The notes below the pieces were generated by a model. It searched no databases. It was given only the letters and a program-made list of their open reading frames with translations, and was not told the DNA's origin. 64,000 bases of DNA from Candidatus Acidiferrales bacterium (GTDB taxonomy: Bacteria; Acidobacteriota; Terriglobia; Acidiferrales; UBA7541), in assembly GCA_049678505.1 (NCBI GenBank), contig JBAUEH010000111.1:3626-67625 (forward strand), read 5' to 3'. Of the stretch, positions 53,371-62,443 are shown one piece after another (the first letter of the stretch is position 1; every line of letters begins with the position of its first letter). The position numbers and the translations under genes are program-made.

Positions 53371-53417
53371 GCCCTTTCAAGGCTGAAATACGGGTTCGAC
53401 TCCCGTTAGCGCTACCA
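53371..53417 (+). repeat. 47-bp perfect direct repeat, copy 2 (attR-like partial tRNA-Glu)
   Basis: Identical to 52173-52219. The sequences diverge immediately on both sides. Confidence 0.9.
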
Positions 53418-53504
53418 TAATTCCCCCAATGCCTGACCAACCTCCCATTGCGACTCCTGAGGCGTCGAGTGGAGAAGCGCCCGCAGGATGTGTAGACTGC
53501 GGGC

Positions 53505-53921
53505 ATGAAAGCATGGCAGACGTGGGTATGGATCCTCGTCGTCGCCGTCGCTTGGGGGTTGGTCGTTTACCAAGACCACGGCGCGTGGTCTGTGCACCGG
53601 ACTGTGGGCATGATCATTGCCGTTTCGGCATTCTGTCTTTGGGCGCTGGCGCGTCTGCAGCTCGGAAGGTCTTTCGCCATCAGCGCGCAGGCCAAAGAGC
53701 TTGTTACGCACGGCCTGTATTCGAAAATTCAAAATCCCGTTTATGTTTTTAGTGCGATTTTCTTCGCCGGCCTGATCGTGTTCTTCAGCCAGCCTGTGTT
53801 TGTTTTATTTTTTCTGATTTTGATTCCGCTGCAAGCGATACGCATCCGCGAGGAGCGCCGCGTCCTCGAGGCGAAATTCGGCGACGCCTACCGCGAATAT
53901 CGCAAGCGCACTTGGTTCTGA
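53505..53921 (+). CDS. isoprenylcysteine carboxyl / phospholipid methyltransferase-family membrane protein
   Basis: 138 aa with 4 TM helices and LVTHGLYSKIQNPVYVFSAIFF...EERRVLEAKFGDAYREYRKRTWF. Confidence 0.78.
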   Translation: MKAWQTWVWILVVAVAWGLVVYQDHGAWSVHRTVGMIIAVSAFCLWALARLQLGRSFAISAQAKELVTHGLYSKIQNPVYVFSAIFFAGLIVFFSQPVFVLFFLILIPLQAIRIREERRVLEAKFGDAYREYRKRTWF

Positions 53922-53924
53922 GGA

Positions 53925-54767
53925 ATGTGCATTGAAATGCCCATCGATGCCCAACTCGCGCTGAAGCTGCTCGAAGAGCTCGTCTCGATTGAGTCTGTCA
54001 ATTCCACGCTCGTGCCCGGCGCTTGCGGAGAGCAGTGTGCAGCCGAGCACGTGCAGAAATTCCTTCGCGCGCACAGCATTGCCGCCGAGCCGGAAGAGGC
54101 CGCGCCTAGCAGACCCACGGATTTGCAGCTCGTCGTCGCACACAAGGGCTACGCCTGGTTTGAAATCGTCACCCACGGCCGTGCGGCGCACGGCAGTTTG
54201 CCTGGTGAAGGCCGCGACGCAATACGCATGATGGGTCGCGTCCTTGTCGCGCTCGATGGATTAGAAAAAAAACTCGCGACCCGCCCGCCGCACACGCGCC
54301 TCGGCAACGCGTCGCTGCATGCCTCGCTCATCGAAGGCGGCCAGGAGCTTTCGAGCTATCCCGCGGAATGCCGCCTGCAGCTCGAACGGCGAATGCTCCC
54401 CGGCGAGACCGACATGAGCGTCGAAGCCGAGCTTCGCGCGATGCTCGCGCAACTCGAAAAACAGGACTCAGAATTTCGCGCCACTCTGCGCGCTGATTTA
54501 GGCTCGCGCCCGGCCTACGAAATCGCCGAAGACTCTTCGCTGGTCAAGCGCGCCAGCGCCGCCGTCCGGCGCACGTGCGGAGCCTGTGAACTTGCTGGCA
54601 TGGCTGCATGGACCGATACGGCCCTCCTGGCTGCCGCCGTAATCCCTGGAGTTGTCTTCGGCCCCACCGGCCGCGGCCTTCACGGCGCCGAGGAATACGT
54701 AGAGATCGAGTCAGTAGGGAAGTGCGCCGCGGCTCTTCGCGAATTGATTTTAGAATTTTGCTCGTAA
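53925..54767 (+). CDS. M20-family (ArgE/DapE-like) peptidase homologue with an in-frame internal deletion
   Basis: N-terminal LLEELVSIESVNS and the dimerisation and C-terminal parts (AHKGYAWFEIVTHGRAAHGSLPGEGRDAI ... GPTGRGLHGAEEYVEI) are present. The segment that normally carries the GHxD, DMKG and DEE metal ligands is absent. The protein is 280 aa versus roughly 380 expected. Confidence 0.6.
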   Translation: MCIEMPIDAQLALKLLEELVSIESVNSTLVPGACGEQCAAEHVQKFLRAHSIAAEPEEAAPSRPTDLQLVVAHKGYAWFEIVTHGRAAHGSLPGEGRDAIRMMGRVLVALDGLEKKLATRPPHTRLGNASLHASLIEGGQELSSYPAECRLQLERRMLPGETDMSVEAELRAMLAQLEKQDSEFRATLRADLGSRPAYEIAEDSSLVKRASAAVRRTCGACELAGMAAWTDTALLAAAVIPGVVFGPTGRGLHGAEEYVEIESVGKCAAALRELILEFCS

Positions 54768-54782
54768 ACACGGATTTGGCGC

Positions 54783-56045
54783 CTACGGGCGTATGCGCGG
54801 AGCAAAATTCGTGTTAACGACTGGCACCGTACACGAATTCGCCGCGCCCGTGGTACACACGCCACTTGTTGCGCCTGCGATGTCGCTTGCTTGCACCAAG
54901 CCGACGAAAGGCTCGGCATAAATCATGTAGCTGTGCCCAACCGGCAGCGGCCCAAGCGTGTAAGAGCCATCGAACTGGACATTTGTCGTACCGGATGCTG
55001 CGCCGGGTGACGCTGATGGATCGCACGTCCATCCTCCAAGCGTCGCCGCAATCACTGATCCACTCGCTGCATCGACCGCCACCACTTGCGCGCCGAACAT
55101 TCCCGTCACGTATTGCCCCGGCGAAGTCGCGGGAAAATCCGCCAGCGCGAAGGGATTCGCGGGCAGCACGCGCCCGCTGATGTAGCCAATATCCACCGTA
55201 TCCGCGGGATCGGGATAGAGCGACCGCAGTCCAGCGCGGTCGTCATCCGCGAGCGGCGCATCGGGCGACGAAATACTCGGCCGCTCGCCGACAAACGTGC
55301 CCGGCGACGGCGCAAAGGGAAACATCCCTGCGCGCCAAACTCCGGAGTGGTCAAGCCCGAAGAGATGTCCAAGTTCGTGCGCCAGCAGCGACTCCAGATC
55401 GTACGCGCCCGGCGCCGAGGCCAGCGCCGCAGGCGTCGCGAACGTCGCCTGTCCATCATTGCGAAAATAAATATCCGCGTCGACGATCTGTCCCGCAAAC
55501 ACCGACGCCGGCGCGGAGCCAAAAGTCTCCGAAGGCGCATCCGCAATCAGCACGCGCGTGAACGACAGCACTCCGGTGGTGAACGCCGACGAAGACTGAT
55601 TGAAGCAAATCGTATCGACGCCATCGACGTTCGTCTGCGAGCCGCTCGTCGGATCGGGTGTACATGCATTTTGCACGGCTGTTTGTCCCAGCGGCCCCAG
55701 CGCATTCGGAAACGTGCTCGCGTTCACCGCCGTTCCTGAAACGCCGCCCCAGATCCCGTAAGCCTGCGTGATGGTGTCTTCAATTTCGGTCAGTTGCGCG
55801 GAAGTGCCCGCGGCCGCCACGGTCACGATCGTCGGTGGATTGAGATTCGGCAGCGACGTGCTCCACTGTCGCGCCAGCGCTGGCGCGCTCGCGCCAATGT
55901 TCTCACGCTGCACCACAGGGCATCCGCCCGCCGCCGGCACTGTATAGTCGCGCGTGTACGCCCACCCGCACGGCGCGTTAACAGTTTGCAAAATGAAAAC
56001 GCAAAGCGTCACGCGTGCCAGCGCACTCGTGCAAACGCGTCTCAT
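54783..56045 (-). CDS. secreted metzincin (matrixin-like) zinc metalloprotease
   Basis: Signal peptide, the HELGHLFGLDHS zinc motif (HExxHxxGxxH) with a downstream Met-turn candidate (RAGMFPF). The start overlaps the upstream stop (ATGA). Confidence 0.8.
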   Translation of the reverse strand: MRRVCTSALARVTLCVFILQTVNAPCGWAYTRDYTVPAAGGCPVVQRENIGASAPALARQWSTSLPNLNPPTIVTVAAAGTSAQLTEIEDTITQAYGIWGGVSGTAVNASTFPNALGPLGQTAVQNACTPDPTSGSQTNVDGVDTICFNQSSSAFTTGVLSFTRVLIADAPSETFGSAPASVFAGQIVDADIYFRNDGQATFATPAALASAPGAYDLESLLAHELGHLFGLDHSGVWRAGMFPFAPSPGTFVGERPSISSPDAPLADDDRAGLRSLYPDPADTVDIGYISGRVLPANPFALADFPATSPGQYVTGMFGAQVVAVDAASGSVIAATLGGWTCDPSASPGAASGTTNVQFDGSYTLGPLPVGHSYMIYAEPFVGLVQASDIAGATSGVCTTGAANSCTVPVVNTNFAPRIRP

Positions 56046-56620
56046 CTCGTGCTCCGCTGTGCCATTTCTGCCGCCAGTACGCGCATTTTCAGTTCTGCCA
56101 GCGGCCAGTCGCGTATTCCGCTGTGCTGGAACGTGTGCGTCGGCGCGTCATACTCAGGTGTTGCTGCTGTATCCTGCGTAACGCTTGCTTCGCCGGTGCG
56201 CGCATCGACACGAATGCGAAACGTGCCCTCGCCCCACGCCGTTATGGACATTTCGTCCGTCTGTGTCGGCTCCAAAAATAAAACAGCTTTTTCCCCCGGA
56301 CGGAATCGCGGTGTGCCTGGCACGTAACTCGTGATTCGGCCAACGCGTCCGCCAATCATCCACACGTCGATTTCCGGTGGCGAGCTTCCTTTCCAATTCT
56401 CAATCACGCGAAACGACGTCGCCGTCCAAATTTCGCCGTCGTGCCATTGACATTTATTCGAAACCGCTTCTGCCTGCACGATGGCGTGCGCTGAACCAAC
56501 AAGCTGTGCAAGCGAGAGCTGCGCAAGCGTCGTCGATAGAGCCAGAGGCGCCAGCAGCAAGCCGAACGCCGTCAGGCAAATGAGTGAAAGCACTTCTGCG
56601 CAAATCGTTTTCATAATCAT
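56042..56620 (-). CDS. secreted hypothetical protein
   Basis: 192 aa from ATG 56620 (MIMKTICAEVLSLICLTAFGLLLAPLALS), which overlaps the upstream stop (ATGA). The longer track ORF, reaching 56911, overlaps the preceding gene. Confidence 0.6.
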   Translation of the reverse strand: MIMKTICAEVLSLICLTAFGLLLAPLALSTTLAQLSLAQLVGSAHAIVQAEAVSNKCQWHDGEIWTATSFRVIENWKGSSPPEIDVWMIGGRVGRITSYVPGTPRFRPGEKAVLFLEPTQTDEMSITAWGEGTFRIRVDARTGEASVTQDTAATPEYDAPTHTFQHSGIRDWPLAELKMRVLAAEMAQRSTR

Positions 56621-58213
56621 TGCACCTCGAGCACTCCCGTCGCCGTAGCCATGTCGCCGTTCGGCGTCGTAACGAAAAGCGTGCGCAGGCCAGCCGCGGT
56701 TTGGCTGGAAATCGTGAGTGTCAACTCGATCAAGTTTGGAAACAAACTCTCCATCGACGCTGTCGAGATTCCGATGTCTCCGCCCGTCTGCGGCGGGCTG
56801 AACGCGTAGTTGAACGTCGGGTCCAGAAAATTTCCCTGCACGCAAATATTCACTATTGTCGTTCCGGATGCCGGTCGCGTCACCGTAATCGCTGACGCTT
56901 GAAGCGTGCACGTCGACCCGTCCGGCGATACAAGCCCGACGAACTCGACATTCACAGAAGAAGTTGTTGCCCCTGCTGTTGTAGGTTCCACAACGATGAT
57001 GTCGTTGCCCTGTGCGGTCGACGCGGCGCTCGTCAGCGAAATTGTGCTCGGCGGCCGCGGCGCAGGCAGGATTACCACCGAAACCGGATTCGACAACGTT
57101 GCCGGTGTCCCTGAATTCCCGAGTTCAATGGATAGCGCACCCGCGGAGGCAATGTCAGAGGGTTGCAGCGTGATCGTGCAGAGGTTTGCCGTGGGCAATT
57201 CGTGGTGCGCGGAGAATTATTCACGAAGAGTTGGGATGTGCCGTTGCCGGTGGTTGCAACAAAATTGAGCCCTTCAACCGCAAGCTGGAAGCTCTGTTGT
57301 GCTCCTGCAATCACGCTCGAAGGCAGAACCGTTTCGATCGTTGGCCCCGACGTAATCGTCACCGTCGCCGTCCCCGCAAGCGATGGGTTCGCGACGCTCG
57401 TTGCAGTAATGCTAATCGCGTTCGGCGAAGGTGCAGCCCCAGGAGCCGTATAATTGCCCGCATTGTCGATCGAGCCGCACGATGCGCCCGAGCATCCTTG
57501 TCCCGGCACCGCGCTCGAAATTGTCCATGTGACGCCCGCACTCGCCACGCCGGTCACGTTCACGATGAACTGGAATTGCTGCGAAGCGAAACGCGTAAAA
57601 CGGTGCCACGCTTACGCCCGGCTGGGCAGGAGCGCTAATCGCAATTTGCGCGCTCCCGCTGCTCGCCGTAGCGCCCTGGCTTGTCGCCGTCAGTGTGACG
57701 CTGCTCGGCTGGGGCTGCGTTTGCGGCGCAACGTAATCCACAGTCGTTTCCGCCCCCGACGGTGCCGCTTTGAATTTGTACCGTCGCCGAACCGCTCGCC
57801 TGCGGTGCCGGTTGAGCCGTCGCCGTCACGGTCACGTTCGACGCCGAAGGCATCGCCCGTGGTGCAGTGTAGAGTCCGGACGCCGAAATTGTTCCCACCG
57901 TGGAATTTCCTCCGGCAACGTTGTTCACGCTCCAATTCACCGCGCTCGAACTCACGCCTGTTACCGTCGCCATGAACTGCACGGTCTGCCCCAGCAAAAC
58001 CGAAGCGCTTTGCGGCGAGACGCTGACGCTCACGCTCGTGGGGAGCTCAGTCGACGATCCTGTCGTGAATCCACATCCGCAAACAGCCAGCATCAGGCAA
58101 GCGCTTGCCACCGCCAGTGCGATGGGTGATTTTCGTCGCCTGGGCCACGTGACACAGAACACGCTTTTGCCCGAATCTGCCGCGTCCCGCGAATTTGAGG
58201 GGAGGAAGCTCAT
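56617..58213 (-). pseudogene. Ig-like (Big_2/IPT-type) surface lipoprotein gene interrupted by three frameshifts
   Basis: Four consecutive ORF pieces (57635-58213, 57412-57741, 57072-57563, 56617-57198) lie in frames 1, 0, 2 and 0. Together they read as one lipoprotein: lipobox LMLAVCGCG, Big_2-like units (GQTVQFMATVTGVSSSAVNWSV; QQFQFIVNVTGVASAGVTWTIS) and IPT-like units. Confidence 0.65.
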
Positions 58214-58532
58214 TGTTCGCAGAGTCACGAACGCAAAAACTGTTCCATTGCGGGGCACCTCTGCCTGCACGAGCGATTGCGGCACCTTGTCAGATGTAAG
58301 TATATGAAAACAAGCATGATACGAATTGCCTCGGGTTCGCTGCTCAAGCAAACATCGCCCCCAAGACTTCCGTTCGCTACGTTTCAGAATGGAACTGATT
58401 CCCGAAAATTCTTCCTCTTTTGAAAACAACGACCTGCGAATCTGCGCACGCACCATCAACTCATCGGCAACCGTTTCGCCGAATCTAGTGATCCAAGACC
58501 GCATGTCCGGCGTCTGGCATGTTGGGAAGGCG

Positions 58533-59084
58533 ATGGATGCATTCGCGGCGAGCTGCACCGAACCCGTGATCGAAGATGTCTCGCTCGAGCGCGAATTTCA
58601 CGAGCGCCTTGCCGAATGCGCAACTCTCGCATTTCGCGTTGCGCTGGGTGTTTTACGCGACCGTGCCGAGGCGGAGGATGTGGCTCAGGAATCGCTGCTG
58701 CGGGCCTATCGGAACTTTCATCGCTTACGCGACCGCGCCACTTTTCGAAGCTGGCTGGTCAGAATCGCGTGGCGCATGGCCATCGACCATCGCCGCGCGC
58801 GAAAGCGGCGCGAGCGCCATGAGGAAGACGCCGCGCAGAACAGCGTTCGCGAAACGGGACGCGCTTCGCAGAACGCCGAAGAGGTCGCCGCGTCGCGCGA
58901 ATTCGAACGCCGCTTGCACGAGGAACTGGATGCGTTGCCGGAGAAGCTGAGAATCGTGATGGTCATGGCTGCCGTCGAGGGTTACGACACGCGTGAAGTC
59001 GCTCAGTTGCTTCAATTGCCCGAAGGCACTGTGAAATCGCGGCTGCGGCTGGCTCGCAGGCGGCTCGCGGAGAAGTTGCGCTAA
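58533..59084 (+). CDS. ECF sigma factor
   Basis: Region 2 (LAFRVALGVLRDRAEAEDVAQESLLRAYRNFHRL) and region 4 (LRIVMVMAAVEGYDTREVAQLLQLPEGTVKSRLRLARRRL). The start was moved to ATG 58533. Confidence 0.85.
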   Translation: MDAFAASCTEPVIEDVSLEREFHERLAECATLAFRVALGVLRDRAEAEDVAQESLLRAYRNFHRLRDRATFRSWLVRIAWRMAIDHRRARKRRERHEEDAAQNSVRETGRASQNAEEVAASREFERRLHEELDALPEKLRIVMVMAAVEGYDTREVAQLLQLPEGTVKSRLRLARRRLAEKLR

Positions 59085-59132
59085 ACGAAAATGACACGAG
59101 AGTGACGATAGGGAAGGGAAGAGAGTAGGAAA

Positions 59133-59915
59133 ATGACCAGCAAGATCACGACCTGCGCGCAGTTCCGCGAATGTATAGCCGACGCTGCGGACGCCGCGCT
59201 TTTCGGCAGCCTCCGATCTCATTTCGACGCTCACGTCCGCGATTGCGCCGCCTGCCGCGAAGAATTTCGCCGCGTGCAAACGCTGCTGCAGGCAATCGAT
59301 GACGGCGTGAGCGCGAGCGTCGCCGCCGAGCCATCCTCTCAGCTTCTTGCCAATGTTCGTCAGCGAATCGCCGCGCAACAGCATCGCGCGCCGGCATGGT
59401 GGTCGCGAAGCGCATGGCTAACTGCTGCCGGCGCCTGCGTCGCGCTCGCCATCTTCTTATTTGCCGCTCGGACGTTGCATAAGTTCAACCGGTCCCTTCC
59501 CAATGCGGCTCCCAACCCAATTGCTGCTTCATCCACGCCGGGTCACTCCGCTCTACCTCCAAACCGCAGCCCAGCGGTCAAATCCGCCACGTCCGCTCCG
59601 CCTCGCAAACCCGCGCTGCTGTTTGCGCGTCATACATCGTCGCGCACGCTCCATCGCCCTGCTTCGGAGCCCGAAATCATTGTCGATCCCGGCCAGACGC
59701 AGGCAATTCTTCGTTTCGCCGCTGCTTTGCAGAGTGGCCAAATCGACGGCGCCAAGCTGCTCGCCGACCAGAAGCGAGCGGCCGAGCCGCTCGAAATCAA
59801 GCCCCTCACCATTGCGCCATTGAAAATCGCGGCATTAGCCGATGACGCTGCGCCGCCTGCTTCCGGCAATAGCCAAAGCGGTGACAAGAATTTCGTTGCT
59901 GGCCGTTCGGATTGA
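59133..59915 (+). CDS. anti-sigma factor (zf-HC2, single TM, Pro/Ala-rich C-terminus)
   Basis: CAQFRECIADA...HFDAHVRDCAACREEF and TM helix SAWLTAAGACVALAIFLFAA. Confidence 0.7.
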   Translation: MTSKITTCAQFRECIADAADAALFGSLRSHFDAHVRDCAACREEFRRVQTLLQAIDDGVSASVAAEPSSQLLANVRQRIAAQQHRAPAWWSRSAWLTAAGACVALAIFLFAARTLHKFNRSLPNAAPNPIAASSTPGHSALPPNRSPAVKSATSAPPRKPALLFARHTSSRTLHRPASEPEIIVDPGQTQAILRFAAALQSGQIDGAKLLADQKRAAEPLEIKPLTIAPLKIAALADDAAPPASGNSQSGDKNFVAGRSD

Positions 59916-59949
59916 CTACCACGCCTGTATCGTGAAAAGGAGAATCAAC

Positions 59950-60474
59950 ATGAAGCTCAGCATGAAAGTGGCAGCTATATCCTTTGGCTTGCTGATGGCC
60001 GCTGCGTTTGCCCCTGCGCAGGACCAAGCGAAAAACTCCAATGAAGTAATCAAAAGCCATGTTCGTTTGGATTTCCTTTTCACCGAATACAACGGTGATA
60101 AGAAGATCAGCAGCTTGCCCTATACGATGTATATCGAGGCGGCATCGCGCGAACCACGCCCTGGAAAATTGCGGATACGCGACGTCTTTCATCTTCAGGT
60201 TGAAACAGATATAGATTGTTCTGCCTATGCCGAGGAAGACGGGTCTTACGAACTCGCGACGAACGTGAATAGGTTCTCGGTATATTCGGCTGCGGATGGG
60301 CAAAGCGAAGCTGCAGCAATTCCAAACGCCAATGATCGGCCCGTAAACCGCATGTTCACCGTCGAATTCGACTTGGAATTACATGATGGTCAGACAATGG
60401 AAGGTGCTTCAGCGACAGACCCTTTCAATGGCCACGTGCTGAAGGTTAGTGTCACCCTGCACGTCATAAAGTAA
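59950..60474 (+). CDS. small secreted hypothetical protein
   Basis: 174 aa, signal peptide MKLSMKVAAISFGLLMAAAFAPAQ, AAAAGGAGA RBS. The start was moved to ATG 59950. Confidence 0.6.
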   Translation: MKLSMKVAAISFGLLMAAAFAPAQDQAKNSNEVIKSHVRLDFLFTEYNGDKKISSLPYTMYIEAASREPRPGKLRIRDVFHLQVETDIDCSAYAEEDGSYELATNVNRFSVYSAADGQSEAAAIPNANDRPVNRMFTVEFDLELHDGQTMEGASATDPFNGHVLKVSVTLHVIK

Positions 60475-60493
60475 ATCCGCTACTCACAAAAAC

Positions 60494-60531
60494 AAAAAAG
60501 GCGCTCGCATCTCCGAGCGCCTTTTCCATTT
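60494..60531. terminator. bidirectional intrinsic terminator
   Basis: AAAAAA-GGCGCTCG-catctc-CGAGCGCC-TTTT lies between convergent genes. Confidence 0.65.
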
Positions 60532-60551
60532 TTAACCTGCAAAACTTGTTA

Positions 60552-61247
60552 CTACGGAAAACTCGACGGGCTCACGTTCTTTTTCTCGTGATGATTCAGC
60601 ACGATAGCCAAAACCGCAACTGTGCCAACCACTGCAATTCCCAGAAGCACGATCAGTCCCGTGCGCCGCTTTGCCGTGCGGTTCTGGTTCTGGTCTTGAT
60701 CCTGTGATGGAATCATGTGTACTTCCATCATCGACCCTGCCGGAATAACGCGGCTCGCTCCGTCGTGCGACGTGGTGACGAGAAGGTTGCCGTTCTCGGC
60801 CCCGATGATCGCAGACGTCGGGCTCGTAAATTCGACGTAACCGGAAGCGGTCGACGAATCCGCTGGACTGATCGTCGCATCGTAAAGAAGTCCCTGCACC
60901 GGCGCCTTGTCTGTACTGCGGAACCTTACTTGGCCCTGCGCGATGTCGAAATCGATCGGGCCAGTCGCCAAATCTTTGCGGATTTGAAGTTCGGTATTTT
61001 GTCCCAGCAAAATCCCTCCGCCGCCGGGAAGTATTACCCACGCGCTGCCCCTGTCCGCCGTCGAAATGGCGTCGCCGTCATAGATATTGGTTCCGTCCGC
61101 TAGGCTAGCGCCCGCAATCGTGGCGAATTGGGTGTTCGCAACTGTGCCGACAATCCTGGGAGCGCCTGGAGCGGCCCACATAGGAACCGCGAGGAGGGCC
61201 ACCACTGTGGCCACAATCAATTGACGGGATAATTCACGAAAACTCAT
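60552..61247 (-). CDS. hypothetical protein with a signal peptide and a C-terminal membrane anchor
   Basis: The start was set at ATG 61247 (GAGG 6 nt upstream). N-terminal LIVATVVALLAVPMWA and C-terminal TM GLIVLLGIAVVGTVAVLAIVL. Confidence 0.55.
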   Translation of the reverse strand: MSFRELSRQLIVATVVALLAVPMWAAPGAPRIVGTVANTQFATIAGASLADGTNIYDGDAISTADRGSAWVILPGGGGILLGQNTELQIRKDLATGPIDFDIAQGQVRFRSTDKAPVQGLLYDATISPADSSTASGYVEFTSPTSAIIGAENGNLLVTTSHDGASRVIPAGSMMEVHMIPSQDQDQNQNRTAKRRTGLIVLLGIAVVGTVAVLAIVLNHHEKKNVSPSSFP

Positions 61248-61376
61248 TTGCCGCCTCGATCGGTTTGATGGAACGGGCGATTCCACAAACCTGCTGCAAG
61301 GCTAACAAACTGCAAGACAAAGTCAAGGCGGGGACTCTTCCAAAAATACTGTAGGGAATTTCCTCAAACGAAGGTC

Positions 61377-62282
61377 TCAATCGAGAATGGATGCAAGCGC
61401 TTCCTTCAATTGAGGATGCCGGAACACATATCCCATCCTATTCAATTTTTCCGGCATTACGCGCTGGCTCGCCAGCAGCGCGTCCGTCATTTCGCCCAGC
61501 GCCAGCCTCAACGCAAACCGCGGCGCTGGGAAAAGCGCCGGCCTGTGCAGCACTCCGGCCAGGATGCTCGTAAACTCGGCATTCGTCACGGCATTCGCTG
61601 TCACCGCGTTCACCGGTCCGCGCGGCGACTCCTTCTCGATGGCATACCGGATCAGCGCTACCACATCTTCCAATGTGATCCAGCTCATCCACTGTCGGCC
61701 ACTTCCGAGCCTTCCTCCTACGCCCAAGCGGAACGGACGAAGCATCTGCTGCAGTGCTCCTCCGTGCGGCGCGAGGATTATGCCGAAGCGCAGCATGACC
61801 GTGCGGATGCCTTCGTGTTCCGCCTTTGCCGCTTCTGCCTCCCAGTCACGGCAAAGCTGCGCCAGAAAGTCATTTCCGGGCGCGCTCGTTTCAGTCAGGA
61901 TTTCATTGCCGCGGCTGCCGTAGTAGCCGATCGCCGACGCCGAAACCAGCACTCGCGGCTTCTCTTTCAGTTGCGCCAGACCCGCCACCAGGTGCCGCGT
62001 CGCATTCACGCGGCTTCGCCGCAGCACCTCCTTGCGCCCGGTCGTCCATCGTCCGCCAGCAACAGAAGCGCCTGCCAAATTCACCACGGCGTCCGCGCCT
62101 TCCATCGCCGCCAAATCGATCGAGCCAGTGGGGGGTTCCCAACGGATCATCTTTGAAGTAGCATCGGCCGTCGCCGCGGAACCCGAACGCACCAGCCGCG
62201 CAATCGTGTGTCCTTCCGGGCGCAGAGAATCGATGAGCGCTGCTCCAACCAAACCGGAAGATCCGGACACGATGATCTTCAC
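61377..62282 (-). CDS. NAD-dependent epimerase-family protein (TIGR01777 / SDR39U1-like with a DUF1731-type C-terminus)
   Basis: VKIIVSGSSGLVGAALIDSL Rossmann motif with C-terminal LRLALGEMTDALLASQRVMPEKL. The start was set at GTG 62282. Confidence 0.78.
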   Translation of the reverse strand: MKIIVSGSSGLVGAALIDSLRPEGHTIARLVRSGSAATADATSKMIRWEPPTGSIDLAAMEGADAVVNLAGASVAGGRWTTGRKEVLRRSRVNATRHLVAGLAQLKEKPRVLVSASAIGYYGSRGNEILTETSAPGNDFLAQLCRDWEAEAAKAEHEGIRTVMLRFGIILAPHGGALQQMLRPFRLGVGGRLGSGRQWMSWITLEDVVALIRYAIEKESPRGPVNAVTANAVTNAEFTSILAGVLHRPALFPAPRFALRLALGEMTDALLASQRVMPEKLNRMGYVFRHPQLKEALASILD

Positions 62283-62443
62283 CGCGCACTCCTCGAGGGA
62301 CAAGCGTGCTGCGTCGCGCCAGTGAATCAGCGCCCTTAAAATATGTTGACTCCTCACCTGCGTCAAGCGCGTCAGCAGTAATATCGTGGCCAGCGCGAAC
62401 ACAACGCGTCGAACATGGCCACAGCGGACGCCGCCGCGTTAGA

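Larger units (their letters stand above)
52220..53417 (+). mobile_element. about 1.2-kb tRNA-Glu-associated islet without an integrase (remnant or satellite element)
   Basis: It is bounded by the tRNA 3' end and a perfect 47-bp copy of it. It is visibly more AT-rich than its flanks. It carries three small same-strand ORFs and no recombinase. Confidence 0.6.

Noticed and set aside
56621-56911. Upstream extension of the 192-aa secreted-protein ORF (track start 56911)
   Set aside because: The extension overlaps the last piece of the Ig-like pseudogene in another frame. The internal ATG 56620 gives a proper signal peptide and an ATGA overlap with the upstream stop.
62283-62443. Possible Moco riboswitch upstream of moaD::moaE
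   Set aside because: The 160-nt region is long enough, but I cannot recognise the conserved Moco-motif helices by eye. A covariance-model scan would be needed, so no call is made.
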